A stretch of DNA of 64,000 bases, taken from assembly GCA_963693365.1 (NCBI GenBank), contig CAVNZM010000004.1, positions 12,697,945 to 12,761,944 on the forward strand, in the 5' to 3' direction. The first letter of the stretch is position 1. Each line of letters starts with the position of its first letter. Source of the stretch: Amoebidium appalachense (lineage: Eukaryota; Protista; Ichthyosporea). Positions 14,202 through 27,620 of the stretch are shown here, piece by piece. The notes under the pieces are model-generated. The model was given only the letters and a program-made list of their open reading frames with translations, was not told the origin of the DNA and searched no databases. The position numbers and the translations under genes were made by a program.

Positions 14202-15809
14202 ACCACCACCACCACCACCACCAATCACCCCCTCCTTTGATAGCCACCCGACACCCAGCATAACACAACTGGAACACTGGCCCATGTGGTCAGCCACCCC
14301 CCCCCCCCCCCCCCCCCCCCTCCCCTCCCCCTCCCCTCTCCTCTGGGGGGCCCACAATCTTTCTATATCTGGCATAAGCACATAAGCACTGGGGCAAAAA
14401 GCAGGTGGGATACACACCTGACAGGTTTGGCCTATCGACCACGGCCGAGTAGACCTGCAGGGACGCATATGCATCAAGGGCAGCGTAGGTGGCCTGCACC
14501 TCTGATAGCGGCTCGTGCCAGTTGGAGCATCGAACAAGTGCCGGCTTGGGCAGCTTCTTGCCTATGACCTGGGCAGTGATGTCGGCCAAGCCCCGGGCCG
14601 CAGAGGTGATAGCTGCACGGGCATAGCAGAACCGGCCCAGCTCCAGATAGCTGGCCACAGGGGTGCCGTAGTCCTTGTTGAGGTGGGCCGAGTCCGTGCC
14701 GATCTGCTTGCCCACCTTGATGATGCTGGGGTCCCTAAGCAGCGCAATCAGCTCGTCCACCAGCCGCGCGGGCGGGCTGTGGTTGGGGCCCATGCGTGCC
14801 AAGTGGAAGATGTACACGGCCCGTGCGGTGGCAATCTGCAGCGTGCAAACCTTGGACCGCGCCTGGCCCACCCGATAGACCCACTCGCAGTCCAGCCCCA
14901 CCACGCGGTGCTGCTGCCCCTCCAGGTCGGCACGAATGGCCGCTGTAGCCACCACCGCCCCCTGGCAGTCGGTGTACACCGGCTTAGGGTAGTTGGCCGG
15001 CAGCTCCAGCCCAGGCAGACCGTCCGTCACGCTTACCAGCGCAGCCTCGTTCAGACGGACGGGGCATTTTGGCCGGGCTAGGGTTGGAAACATGCGCTCA
15101 ACAAACGCCCGGTCTTGGCAGCACCGATCTGTGTAGAAGAAGGCCGGGCCCTTGCTGTTGAGCGCCGCCGTGGTGGCAGAGATGCGCTGGATCACGGGCT
15201 CAATCTCCTGGTGGCTGCAGTCCCGTGTAAATACCTGCGCCCGGATCTCTGGGGTGCCGCACTGTGTGAGAGGGCATCTCCGAGCAGCCATGCATGTTCT
15301 AGCTTCCCTTACCACATGGCCCTTCACGAGACTTCAGTGCCCACACAATCCTTTCCCCCTCCCTCCCCCCAAACCCATGTGCCCACATACTTTCCCCTCC
15401 CTCTCCCCCAAAACCCTTCCCCCGCCTTCCCCCCAAACCCATGTGCCCACATACTTTCCCCAGGCCTCCCTTTCCCCCAAAATCTTCCCCCCCCCCCTCC
15501 CCCCTAAACCCATGTACCTACAATCCTTCCCCCTTCCTCCCCCTAAACCCTTGTGATCACAATCCTTTCCCCCTCTCTGCCTTCCCCCCAAACCCATGTG
15601 CCCACGATCCTTCCCCACTCCCCCTCCCCCCAAACCATGGGACAGCCCTCCATATGGCACCTACTGTCCCCCCCCCCCCCCCCACCCCACCCCGGGCCTC
15701 TTGCCCTCTCTACCTTCAACCCCGACGGTGGTGTCTCTCCCCCCCCCCCCCCCCCCCCTGCATCCCTTGCAATCACTGGCCCCTACTCCCATTCTGCTTG
15801 GCAGAAGCT

Positions 15810-15879
<70 letters not shown>

Positions 15880-16802
15880 ATTCCCCGCCAAAAGAAAGCT
15901 CCACCCCAGCCCACCCCAATCTCTACCCAGCAAAAACACATACACACATATCTGGAGCTTCCTAGTTTTTGCTCGACAGGGCAAGAATTGTCCCCAAAAC
16001 CCACATACTACAAACCTCTACTCACAGTGTGCCACCTCATTAAATGTGGAGCCTAAGAGATTTAAAGGCCCTAGAGGGGGGAGGGGGGGAGGGGGGGGGG
16101 AGGGGGGGCGTGTGTGTGTGTGTGTGTGTGGGGGGGGGGGGGTGGGCGTGTGTGGGGGGGGGGGAGGGGGGAGAGGGGGCCTGGGGGAGAGTGGGGGGAG
16201 GGGGGAGAAGAGGAGGGACCACACACCGCCAAGCTCGTTTACACAAGTCCATAGGCCTCGGTACAGAGGCTCCCCATTGATGCCGGTGAGCTTCCCAATT
16301 TGGAAGGTGTGGTCGGCCTTGAGCACGTTGTTTACGGGCTTGAGCTGCGTGTCCAGGCTCTGGTACTTTGCCGTGCGGTCGCTGAACTCAGTATACACGG
16401 CACTCAGGTATTTGCCTGAACCCCAAGTACTGTTAGAACTCCACCACCCTCCCATCAGGACCATCCCCCCCATTCCCTCTAGTCCCTCGTGTTCATCTCA
16501 CCTCTCTGTATTTTCGTAAGTCTGTATGGCTTTTCCCATCTCAAAAACGCTACACACCCATCTCCGGCCGTTTGCCCCCCCCCCCCCCCCCCCCCCCCCC
16601 CTCCCCCCCCCCCCTCCCCCCGCCTCCCCGGCGCGCGCAAACCCTCCAAGTCATTGCACCAACTTTCACCTTCTTTCCCCTTTGTGCCCCATCTGCAGTT
16701 TGTCCCCTGCACGTCCGTTTGCCCTTCCCCCCACACCCTCCTGCCACTACTATAATAACCATTAAGTACCGCCACCAAGATCCAGTCTACCACCATGTGC
16801 CC

Positions 16803-16839
<37 letters not shown>

Positions 16840-16989
16840 CCTCTCCACCTCCTTTCCCCCAACACACACAGACACACATGCGCACACCCACCATCTAATT
16901 TCAGGCATAACAGTTCTCCACGATTTCCCAAGCACACTCACTGGTACATGGACCGTTATGCTTTCACCCCTCTGATGATCCCTCTGCCC

Positions 16990-17037
<48 letters not shown>

Positions 17038-17114
17038 ACCACCACCACCACCACCACCACCATGACTGATTGCCACCACCACCACCTAATCCATCACCAT
17101 GTCCCCCCTCCCCC

Positions 17115-17166
<52 letters not shown>

Positions 17167-18559
17167 ACGGACCCACAAGTACACGCACACTCACAGGCGC
17201 ACATCCACCACCACACATCCACCACCACCATAATAGAAACTTATTGACCACACTTCCAAAACCCATTTCCAAGTCCCCCCCCCCCCCTAAAAAAAAAAAA
17301 TAAAAAATAATAAAACAAAACCCTACCAAGCCAACCCAAAAAATGCCCAAGCACGTGCATACAAAACAATGGGGACCATTTACACACCCAAAATGCAGTG
17401 CACACTTGCCTGAAGGCACATGTCCAGCGTAACCATTTTTGTCACCAAACGCCGAGAACTTAGCCGCCTGCTCCTCTGGGGGAAGTTCTGTCAGGCGCTG
17501 GTCGTGGGGGCGGAAATCGTTACGCTTTTTGAGTTCATACTTGGTCCAATGCAGCGCCCTCGAGTAATACAGGAGCCGCTGCTCGTCGTATCGCTGCTTG
17601 TGGAGCTCCGAGAGGAGGGTGGCAAAGGCGTTTGGGCCCACACCTTTGTCTGCCAGTGCACGCAACAATGTTACCACCTTTAGGTCGAGCCCACTGCGGT
17701 GGCTAAGGTAGGCCGGAAACTGATCACGCATGAAGAGTGGAAGGCGTTTAATTGTCTGGGGGTTTGTGCCGGCAAAGTTTTTTTTGCATGTGTCACAAAA
17801 GTACCGGGCCGTGATAATGTAGTAGCAGCTGTCAAAGTCGATAACACGCCGTCCTACGGGGTTGCTCATGAACCCATTGCGAGAAGTACGGTGTGGGTTG
17901 GGGTGGTTGTGGGGGTCCACGTAGTGATCATCGAAGGGGCACGGCACCATGAAACCGGGAGACAACCTTTCCGGAAGCCAGGCAAAACATCTGGGTTTGT
18001 AGAAAGGCGCTGGATCGCCCCCAAATTTAAAGCCTATAATGGGAGGTGGAAGATGCCACCCCACAGGCGTCTTCTCATCTTTGAGACTCTCTTTCACTGT
18101 GTGCAGGTGCGACTTGATTGTTTCGCCCGCCGCGTCAGAAAACTCCTCTCCACCGTCATCCCCGTCCGTATTATCTTCTCCCTCTTCCTCCCCTTCATCC
18201 TCGTCTACCCGGTACGCATCTGCTGCTGCATTTAGCAAAGGTTCCTCGTCGGGTTGCACCTGTATGTCTGGTGGGTGTGGAGCAGGGGCCCGATCCATTT
18301 CTCTTGGTAACGAATGGACGCTACCTGCCTCAACTACACGGGCCCTTATGTCGGCGGCCTTAGATAGAGGGGGCTGTTCGGGTTGTACGTTTACGTTTAG
18401 TTCCTGCACAACAGCTTTGTTTGCCGTCCCAAAACCTGCAAAGTTCGCTAAAGGCTGAACAAATGCAGCATCTTTTTTTTTGCGCCCAGCTCCCTCCCTA
18501 GCTCCGCCTGTTTTATGCCCAGGGCGCTGTGTTGTGCCCTTAGGGCAGCCTGGCTTCAT
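10642..18559 (-). CDS. Intron-containing DDE transposase (Mutator/IS256/ISL3-like DxxH class, DUF6729-like N-terminus) with embedded WRN-type 3'-5' exonuclease; exons 18559-17410, 16415-16227, 15248-14418, 13962-13322, 12861-12655, 12241-10642; one frameshift at 11681-11690 (~1538 aa if corrected)
   Basis: Exon phases join consistently. Motifs in order: GGAREGAGRKKK; Zn finger CP..H..RYFCDTC; FPAYLSHRSGLD; D1 KADHTF; D2 FYTDRCC; exonuclease VGLDCEW/QIGTDSAHL/YAALDAY; DxxH LNDAFH; LSDPPGLPLY; catalytic E in RCIRGTNEVEGAVH; C-terminal CKTC..CPG..C. Confidence 0.82.
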
Positions 18560-19989
18560 TTTAAACACTTGGGGCCTGGCCCCCTGCCCCCCTAGTGCGA
18601 CTACGTTACCGCAAACATTCCCGTATTCCAGTGTGCTCGGCAATGCTGCTCATGGCCTTCCCGGACTGGTTGTGACCAGTAAAGAGCGCGCCAATTCCTG
18701 ACCGCCGCCTACAGCAGTGTATGATCTGTTATCCATATTCGGCAAAAGGGGTCTTGCCCAACCAATGGCTTGAATCCTTGTAACTTTGCTTTATCCATAT
18801 AAGGTTAGCTGAACACCCCCCCCTCCAATCATACCCCCCCCTTCTCTCTAGTAGTAGCTCCTGGCATGCCGCACCCCCCAAGCATCAGAAGCTTTTCTGC
18901 AGGGCCTCGCAAAAAAGATGATTTATTTACTAGATAATTATAAAGATCAGCTATGCGGTGGATCCAGGTACAATGCTTTAAAAGTTTTAAAAGACAAGAA
19001 TGTAATCCACTACCAAGATTACGTTTTGGTTATCTTCAAGTGGAGTTAAAAATAAAGAGATCTCAATTTGAAATTTACGGGTATAAGTAAAAAAAAAAAA
19101 ATTCTTCGACATATTTTGTTTGGATAACACTGTTGCGAGTTAATTTTGGATTTTGATATTAAGGGCAAGCGGCCTAATCCTCCATAACACAACGACGGCA
19201 TGATATTTGAAATAACGGGTCCTCTATCAAGATTCGGTGTCCGGTCTTTTCAAGTGACGACTGACGTTGAAAATAACGAGAACTCGATTGCATGTTCACG
19301 CAAATATAAAAAATGATATGTATCAAGTAAACATTGTAGAAAATCTTTGATAAATAATATTAACAATAAACCAGCTTTTTTGGAGAAATATTATGATAGT
19401 TATATCGCATACAAAATGCGGGTGAATTAACATTTTGAAACATGACGCGAAACTGGCACAACCCTCTTTAACATCAAGTGCCAGACGGCAAGCATTCTTT
19501 GGATACGTTTCAAGTTGAACTTCAAAGCCAAATCCACCCGCAATTGTGTAAAACTATCCAACAGTACCTTTGCCATTTATGACTGTAAGTTATCCTAAAA
19601 GAGTCCCAAAATACGTTTTGTTTATAATTTTTTATCCCAGGTTATCTCAAATGTGAACTACTGAATATCTCCGCAACAGATGGGATAACGTACCCCCATG
19701 GAAAAGTCCATGGATAAGGCCAGGTCGTGGTTGATTCATATGGGGTCGTTGCACCATACATATTTGCAATGCCCTGTGCACTACGTTTTTTTGTTTTCAT
19801 TCCCAGTCTTTTACCCATTTCTCCTCTTTTTTTTTCTTTTCTTTTCTTCTTTTCTTTCTCTAAGGTTTCTTTTATCGCTGCAATGGTATGGTGGTGTTGG
19901 CTAGGTCTTCTTCTCCTGTTCTCCATGCAACGGTGTGATGTATAAGGCACGATGTATAAGGCGGGCCCATGAGGGCGCGGCTAGTCACT

Positions 19990-21013
<1,024 letters not shown>

Positions 21014-21382
21014 GTTTCTGCACCCAAACAATACTTGAAAATTGATTGGTGGAATTATCACAATTTGGCATATGTTGTGACCAATAAACTTTGTGTGCAT
21101 GCCTACTAGGCCTGTTTTGATGCAGTTGCTGGCTTTCGAATTGCTATAGTACACTACATCATGATCACAATGCTCGCACAGATTATGCTTATGTAATACT
21201 AGTTATCTATGTGCGCACGCCAAGCAAAACATCGGGCACAATGCACTGGGTCACAGGTGTTGAGTCGTGGGTGGCATTTGAGCCACATGCGCACAGAAGT
21301 TTATTGGTCACAACATATGCCATATGTACAGCCTAGTAGCCAAACAAAACATTTTTACTTACACTACCAGTATATATGTATA

Positions 21383-21678
21383 CTAGTAAATACAGGTACC
21401 CCCCGCCCCGTTGGGGCGGGGCCTGCATGGGACATGTGCACAGAATTTGAAGCGGAAGAGAAGAGAATAAATCCAGTCAAAAGAAAGAGAAGAGAACATA
21501 GAGTGTATTTGGTGAAAAATTTATAGGCACAAGATATATCATAACATGGCAACACTGTTGCCTGGTGGAGCTTAATTTTTGTTTGTAGGGTTTTATAGAA
21601 ACTAAAATATGACGCAATGTAGCCTGCACACTTCCACTGACAGGCGCAGAAATTAATATACAGGATCCGGAACTTCTT

Positions 21679-21717
<39 letters not shown>

Positions 21718-22524
21718 TTACATATACTATATATCATTTATGGATATTTTGTCTACTTCTCACCCAGTCCAGTCTTTCATCTTCTGCTCGTGAAAATTGG
21801 TCACAGGCCCATTCAGACATCAACCTGCCAACATTGTGGAAGTGGGTAGTTTGCAGTAGTCGTCTTGCTGCTTTTGTGACTGACACCTAGTGCATGCAGG
21901 AAGACACGTAATATTGAGGCTCCAACCTGGTGTGCCTTGCAAAAACAGTAAAGCATATTGCAGTGGTTCACATAGCTCATTGAGGTAGTGAACTTGCTCG
22001 GGACGTTGGTTTGAGAATCGGTGGAACCATATTACGTGTCTTCCTGCATGCACTGGGTCCATATCATATAAGGCTGCAATCTCGGGAGCCTGGGGTGTAG
22101 CAGTTCTTCTGTTATTGCTTTGAAAGGCTACGTGAAAGTTTTCTTGGTCTGGGTAGGCTTGGCTTAGTCAGCGGAACTCAGATGCTATACGTACAGAGCA
22201 CTTTCGAGGAGTGAAATGAAAGCTGATGACAGAGATCAGTGCAGCAGCAACTGCTGCCCGTATACCTTCATAGATACAGTACCTTATATTGGAAAGACTG
22301 GTAGTTGAATCGTGCACCCTGTGGTATGACCTGCCGCATACCTTGACAAATGAAGGAGCTGCCTGTGTAACGGTTCTTTGAGACCAGCCCGTGGCTGTGA
22401 ATGCAAACATGTTGTTATATTCTCTTGCCTTTTTGGTGAAAGCAGGTGTGTTGTATAGTTGTGTTAGCTGTAAAGGGAGGGGGGAAGTATTGGGATCAAC
22501 AGTGCAACGTTTTCCAGTTTCCAT
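21383..22524 (-). mobile_element. Internally deleted Helitron (RepHel N-terminal remnant plus intact 3' terminus); 5' end not located
   Basis: Frameshifted remnants AREYNNMFAFTATG, VKVCGRSYHRV, APEIAAL, EPLQYALLFLQGTPGW and GRLMSEWACDQFSRAEDERLDWVRSRQ (21748-22524). Perfect 9-bp GC hairpin at 21401-21421, then 14 nt, then CTAG|T at 21386-21383 on the minus strand. Confidence 0.88.
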
Positions 22525-22710
22525 TCGCTGATGTGTGCAAAAACATCTGCAGGCTCTTGCAACTTGTATAAGTTGTATCCTGTGTGTGTCTCTTCATACA
22601 GGATATCCAGTGTTCTGGTGTGGTTTGGCTGGAGTACTAAGTGGCGGGGTTTTAGGCGGTTCATAAAGGGTGTCCAGATCCTTAAGTTGGTTTGTGTCAT
22701 GGAGCAGAGT

Positions 22711-22770
22711 GCATCAAATAAACCAACAGAAAAGTCCTGGGCATCAAATAAACCAACAGAAAAGTCCTGG
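22711..22770. repeat. Perfect 30-bp tandem duplication
   Basis: GCATCAAATAAACCAACAGAAAAGTCCTGG x2; frame-preserving within ORF 22464-22862. Confidence 0.9.
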
Positions 22771-23072
22771 TCAACCTCTTTTACTTCACCATCAACTGAA
22801 CTGAACGTATAGGAGGCAGACACTTTATGCACATATTCGCTTGTCATTAAAAACTCAAACAAAAGGCACGCAGCAGGTCTGGCTTTTTAATGGCTTGCAG
22901 AAGATTTGCACGACCAGATTCAATTAAGGCAGTTTGGTGTTGTAGGTGTGTGCCGAGTGGGTGTGCAAGTGTAAATGCCTGACGCAAAGCCATTGTGATG
23001 TCTGGTTTTTGTGCATAGTGGTGAGAGACGCCATATGTGTTGGTGTATGACTCGTGTATGTCTTAAGCAGTG

Positions 23073-23399
23073 TCAAGTGCACAGGCAGAGCATTTCTGGA
23101 GTGTGTATGTGTCCAAGTTTCCCACTTCCAAAGGCTTCATACATTTCAATTCCCGCAAGGTGCATTAGAGGGCCGACAAGCGCAGGGTCGTCAAGGGAAC
23201 GCCACAGCATGTGCATGCACTCAACGTTATCATAACCTACAACTGTGAACAGGGAAACGGTTTGTTGGGAGTTGACATGTGATAAAAGAGACGGAAACGT
23301 GTAATTTGTAAAGAAAGTAGACACTGTGCGTGGCACACCAGTCTTGTAATTATTCACGTCGTACTCCAGGTACGCGGAGAGTGGCGGCGTCTGCGCCAT
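23073..23399 (-). pseudogene. Unidentified ORF upstream of the Helitron remnant (possibly Helitron cargo or its degenerate 5' ORF)
   Basis: Non-repetitive ORF starting MAQTPPLSAYLEYDV, with TATAAAA on the minus strand at ~23541-23547. Same orientation as ORF 22464-22862 and the RepHel remnant. No family recognised. Confidence 0.3.
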
Positions 23400-23978
23400 G
23401 ATTGCGGCTAGAAGAAGCCACAACACAGCAACGTTGGCCACTGCAGACCTTGAAGAGGAGTTTTGTACTACCACACTGCTCTGCACAGTAGTGCAACTTC
23501 TGTCTAGTGAAAACTGACGGCATTGACCCGTGCAGCGCCGTTTTATATGACTTTATCGGTAAATCTAGTGACCAAAATTTGGAAATTGCAGAAATGCGGA
23601 CGTAAACCCTCAGAGCTTGTGTTGATTGTGCACGGCCCGCCTTACAAAAAATAAATAAGTACAGCTAGATAACTTTTCAAAACCTTGCTACTGAGTCGCA
23701 TGCTTTACCGATGCATGCGCATGCAAGCGGCTGCGGCACACCCCATGGAGCCATGGATGGCTGCGTGCGCCGCTCATGCATATGCGACCTGGGTCCGTGA
23801 GCGTGCGTTCGGCGCATGATCCGCTAATTTTGTCCTACGGAGACAGTTCTAAATTAGATAACTTATACCCCTTTTCGAAGTGTGACTAAAGAACTTTAGA
23901 TATGGTTTTTAATATTTTTAAGAAGAAAGTGCGCGAGGAGGCGCACCACGTACGATCTTGGAGAATGCATACCGATAA

Positions 23979-24635
23979 ACATTCACATCACTCACTCGTG
24001 CTTGCCTCATGCCCCCCGTGTCCGTGGAGTGCAGGCCGTCGTGCCTGCACCCAAGGGGCTGGCCGAGGCGGGGGCCGCCAGGGGGGGTCCATGCCATGAG
24101 CCCCCCCGCACCAGCCGGGGCTGGGCCCCGCCTCGACATGCTTTATTGCCGCTGCAATCGGGCTGTGAGCCAGTCACAGTCGCATACGTACACCGTCATG
24201 TATACAGACTGAGAGGTGGGTGGGTGGGAGCCGCCGTGTGCTAGCCACCGAAAACGCAATCGTGCTAACAAAAACCGTACGTGCAGCACACGGCGAAAAC
24301 GAAGGTGGCCTGCATCTGCAGTGTGCTGCGCCGGAAATACCGGCGCTGGTGGCGCCTGACGTCAGGCGCTGCGCCAGACCGATGTCAGCCGCCGCTGCGG
24401 CTGCGCCTGGCGCCGCGGCCCGTGACGTCATGGGCCGCCCGGCTGCCTGCGCCCGAAGTGATCCGTGAAACATCTTTCATCTGCTGCGCATATGAAACGT
24501 ACATTCACATCACTCACTCGTACTTGCCTCATGCCCCCCGTGTCCGTGGAGTGCAGGCCGTCGTGCCTGCACCCAAGGGGCTGGCCGAGGCGGGGGCCGC
24601 CAGGGGGGTCCATGCCATGAGCCCCCCCCGCACCA
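23979..24635 (-). repeat. Ngaro 3' split direct repeats B1-A2-B2
   Basis: 23979-24113 matches 24501-24635; 24228-24505 matches 40753-41030. Confidence 0.93.
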
Positions 24636-24645
24636 CAAGGCCCCC

Positions 24646-25690
24646 CTACTGCGATGTAGGGGGTCCGCCCCAAGGTCCCGTGGCGAGGCCCTGGTGTGAC
24701 CAGACGGTGGCAATGGAGGCTTGCACGTCGCGGTGGGGCAGCCGGATGTAGACCATGAATGCGTCTGATGCCCAGCGGCCAAGGGCTTTGATGGTGGCGT
24801 CAGGTAGGCCCGCTCTCTCAGCTGCAGTGGCCCCCCCTATGCGCAGGCTGTGGCCGGCGTACCGGTCGGGGTCGTAGCCCGCATGGTGTAGAGCTGTGCG
24901 GAAACCGGCGATGAAGGTGCTCTTGAGGTAAGGGCTGCCGTCGACGCTGAACAGGGGTGCATCTGGGTGGATGATGCCTGCCCTGGTTGACGAGACCCCC
25001 AGGAAGAGGGCTAGATTGGCTGCTGGGCAGAAGGAAGGCTCCTCCGGGAAGGCGGGCACCCGGATGGTAACACCCTTGCCCGTGGGGTCGGTCTTAGATG
25101 TCGGCAGGAAGACTGTTGCCCCAATCAGGCGGCCATCCTGCCATAGGAGCTGGACGTCGCGACGCTTGGCGTGAAGGAGGGGGTTGAACTTGGCCGCAGA
25201 TTTGGACGTGAACTCGCCCGAGCGCAGGAGGCACGAGCTGCCAAGCAGCAGGGCAGCCCACAGACGCAGGGCCTCCAATGAAGAGCCCGGTTGGATGACT
25301 GGGAGGAGGGCGCGGAGGTCGGCTGGGAGGAGGGGCTCGAGCACTCGTTTGGGCCGGTGGCTGCCTTCCAGCAGCAGGAAGCGGCCAGCCCCGCGGATAA
25401 ACCACTGAAGGCTCTGCTGGCCGGAGCCCGCTGGTGGTGCCATGCCCAAGCTGCGGTGCAGGCTGTTGACGGCGGAGACGATGCTGGGCATGGTCCGGGC
25501 TTGCACCGCACGCATGGCGCACCAGGCAAGGAACAGCTGCACTTGGGCTGCCAGTGGGCAGGCTGGCAGGTAGCCACCATCAGGATTGCGGCAGTCCATT
25601 GCGTAGATGAAGTCGATAAACTGGCGCTGGTAGGACGAGTAGGAGGACTCCGTGCTGTCGCCCACTGACAGCCGAGTGATGGTGCGGGCC
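24646..25690 (-). CDS. Tyrosine recombinase of the Ngaro element (5' part displaced to 29915-29996 by the Copia insertion)
   Basis: Catalytic residues are present: LLRSGE (R), SKTD (K), GHSLRIGGAT (HxxR), GRWAS (W), FMVYIR (Y). Removing 25691-29914 restores an in-frame ...FTPEVLARVPEV|ARTITRLSV. Confidence 0.9.
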
Positions 25691-25782
25691 TGTTGGAATA
25701 CGTCACCATGTATGACAGCAAGAGCCTTGAAGTATGTATGTGTCCTAGCTTGTTTGTATTCGTGTCTGCTTTCCCTCTTTGT

Positions 25783-25855
<73 letters not shown>

Positions 25856-26605
25856 CCCCCCCCCCCCCCCCCCCCGTATCTCTCTCTCCCTTGTTTCTGT
25901 GGGCACAGATATCTGTAGATCTGTGCACACCTGGCTCTCTTGCCTGATAAGAACTTATTGTATTTTATTTCTGTTTGCTCTCCTCTGTTTATCTGCGAGG
26001 TAGCGTGATTGGCTAGCCTCACTCGTTGTCTTTCCTTTACTTCAAAATGGCTTAGTTTTGTTCTCAAAAGGATGGCTCGCCAATAGTCGCGAGCGAGTAC
26101 ATTTGTAGATTGTGTTGTGCATTCCTGTCTGTTAATATATGTGTGTTGTGATTGGACAATAGATATATATGGAATTCGGTTTATTGCAAAGTGTCTTCAC
26201 TTTGAGAGTGTCGACTGTTAGGAAATATATGTATTTAAATAAGTTTCTTTATAGAGACGAACATAAATATATATGTGAGTTAATAGTGACTAGATGTATA
26301 ATTACTTAATTTATTTAAGTAAGAGTTTCTACACTTTAGTTTAATCGGAAGTTGGAATGCGTATGCTCTGTCGGAATGTGTTTTTCTATCTTCTGATAGA
26401 ACCGATTGGTTCTCCCTCTTTAGTTGTGATAAGGTGATAAGTCGCAAGTACAAAAGGAACCGAGAGCACAATAAAGATTCAGTTGTTGTTTGAAATCTTT
26501 CAATGTCTCGTGAACAACTCCGATTGCCCTCTCATTAATGTGTTAGTCGTGTTTTTACATGACACCTCTGTGCACTCTGCTCCCTTAGACCCGTACAAAA
26601 CAACA
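25691..26605 (+). repeat. 5' LTR (915 bp)
   Basis: Direct repeat of 29002-29909. Confidence 0.95.
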
Positions 26606-27620
26606 GGTTATGGGCCCATTTTCGCACCCTCTCGCAACACACTAGCAATCGTTAAATTCCTGGTACACATCATAGCTGTGGTCAGCTCCTCATGCACCTC
26701 ATCTAATGGTCACTTGCGTGTTAACGTTGAGTACCTATTCCGTGAATTGACGCCGCCCCCCCTTCCTCTTGGTGCTGAGGCCGTGTACATCTCTCCCTGG
26801 CGTCCCCTAAACCCGTCTGTGCTTTTCTGCACATTCCGTCTCTGGCACTTCCCGCCGTCACCTAGCCTCTCGGCTCCTCCCGCGACCGGCCGTAACCGGT
26901 CCTCCGTCACTCCCCTTGACAAGATCTGACTCATCTTGACAAGAGCTTCTGTCATGCCTTGACAATCGTGCCATCCTTGCAAGTTTCAGCTTGCCCTCAT
27001 TCCAGTTCCGTCCTGGTTCCTCTCCGTCACGTCAAACCTTCCTCCACCCTTGGTTCTGCCGTCGCGCTCCAAGTTCTTCTTTGACACTTCATGACGTGTC
27101 CCCCTGTCCCGACGTGGTCTCCACCGCGCCTCCCTGTCTGCCCCGGAGGCTCCCATTCCATAACATCGAAATCCCAATCACTCGTCAAATTTCAAACCCC
27201 GGCTCCATTCCGATCGACGATCATTTGACACCCCGTCTCGATCCGACTTGACTATCCTCCCTCAAGTCCATCTGAAGTACCCAAATTCGGTACTTCTTTC
27301 CAGTCTCCCGTGTTCAACACAGTCCAAGCACTTTGTGCTTTCCTACTCCATAGGAGTCCCGGCCCCGAGTCCCTGCCAGAACCGTTTACCATGTCGTCCA
27401 ACATGCTCCCTTCCAGGATTTCCAACCCTGTTCCCACCACCGTGCCGTCACTGTCGCCGGACCCCTCACATTCCATGGATCTGCCCCGCATTCCGGCAGC
27501 AGTTTCCTCCGATCACGTGGCCAGCCTCGTCGAGCTCTCAGCTCCCCCAAACCCTGCACGGGCCCCAGTTACCCCTGCAGCTGTTTCCCCCCGTTACCCC
27601 CCGACCCCGGCAAGCAACAC

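Noticed and set aside
9445-18903. CCCTGCAGAA / TTCTGCAGGG as TIRs of the exonuclease transposon
   Set aside because: Only 10 bp, mostly a palindromic word, no extension and no TSD; the element ends remain undefined.
18920-19640. AT-rich segment as a viral or coding relic
   Set aside because: No long ORF in the track and no motif I recognise.
19961-19985. Second Helitron 3' end (GC hairpin followed by CTAGT)
   Set aside because: Stem has mismatches and no spacer before CTAG; no supporting Helitron sequence.
25691-26067. N-terminus of the 473-aa ORF 24646-26067
   Set aside because: Antisense read-through into the Copia LTR; not part of the recombinase.
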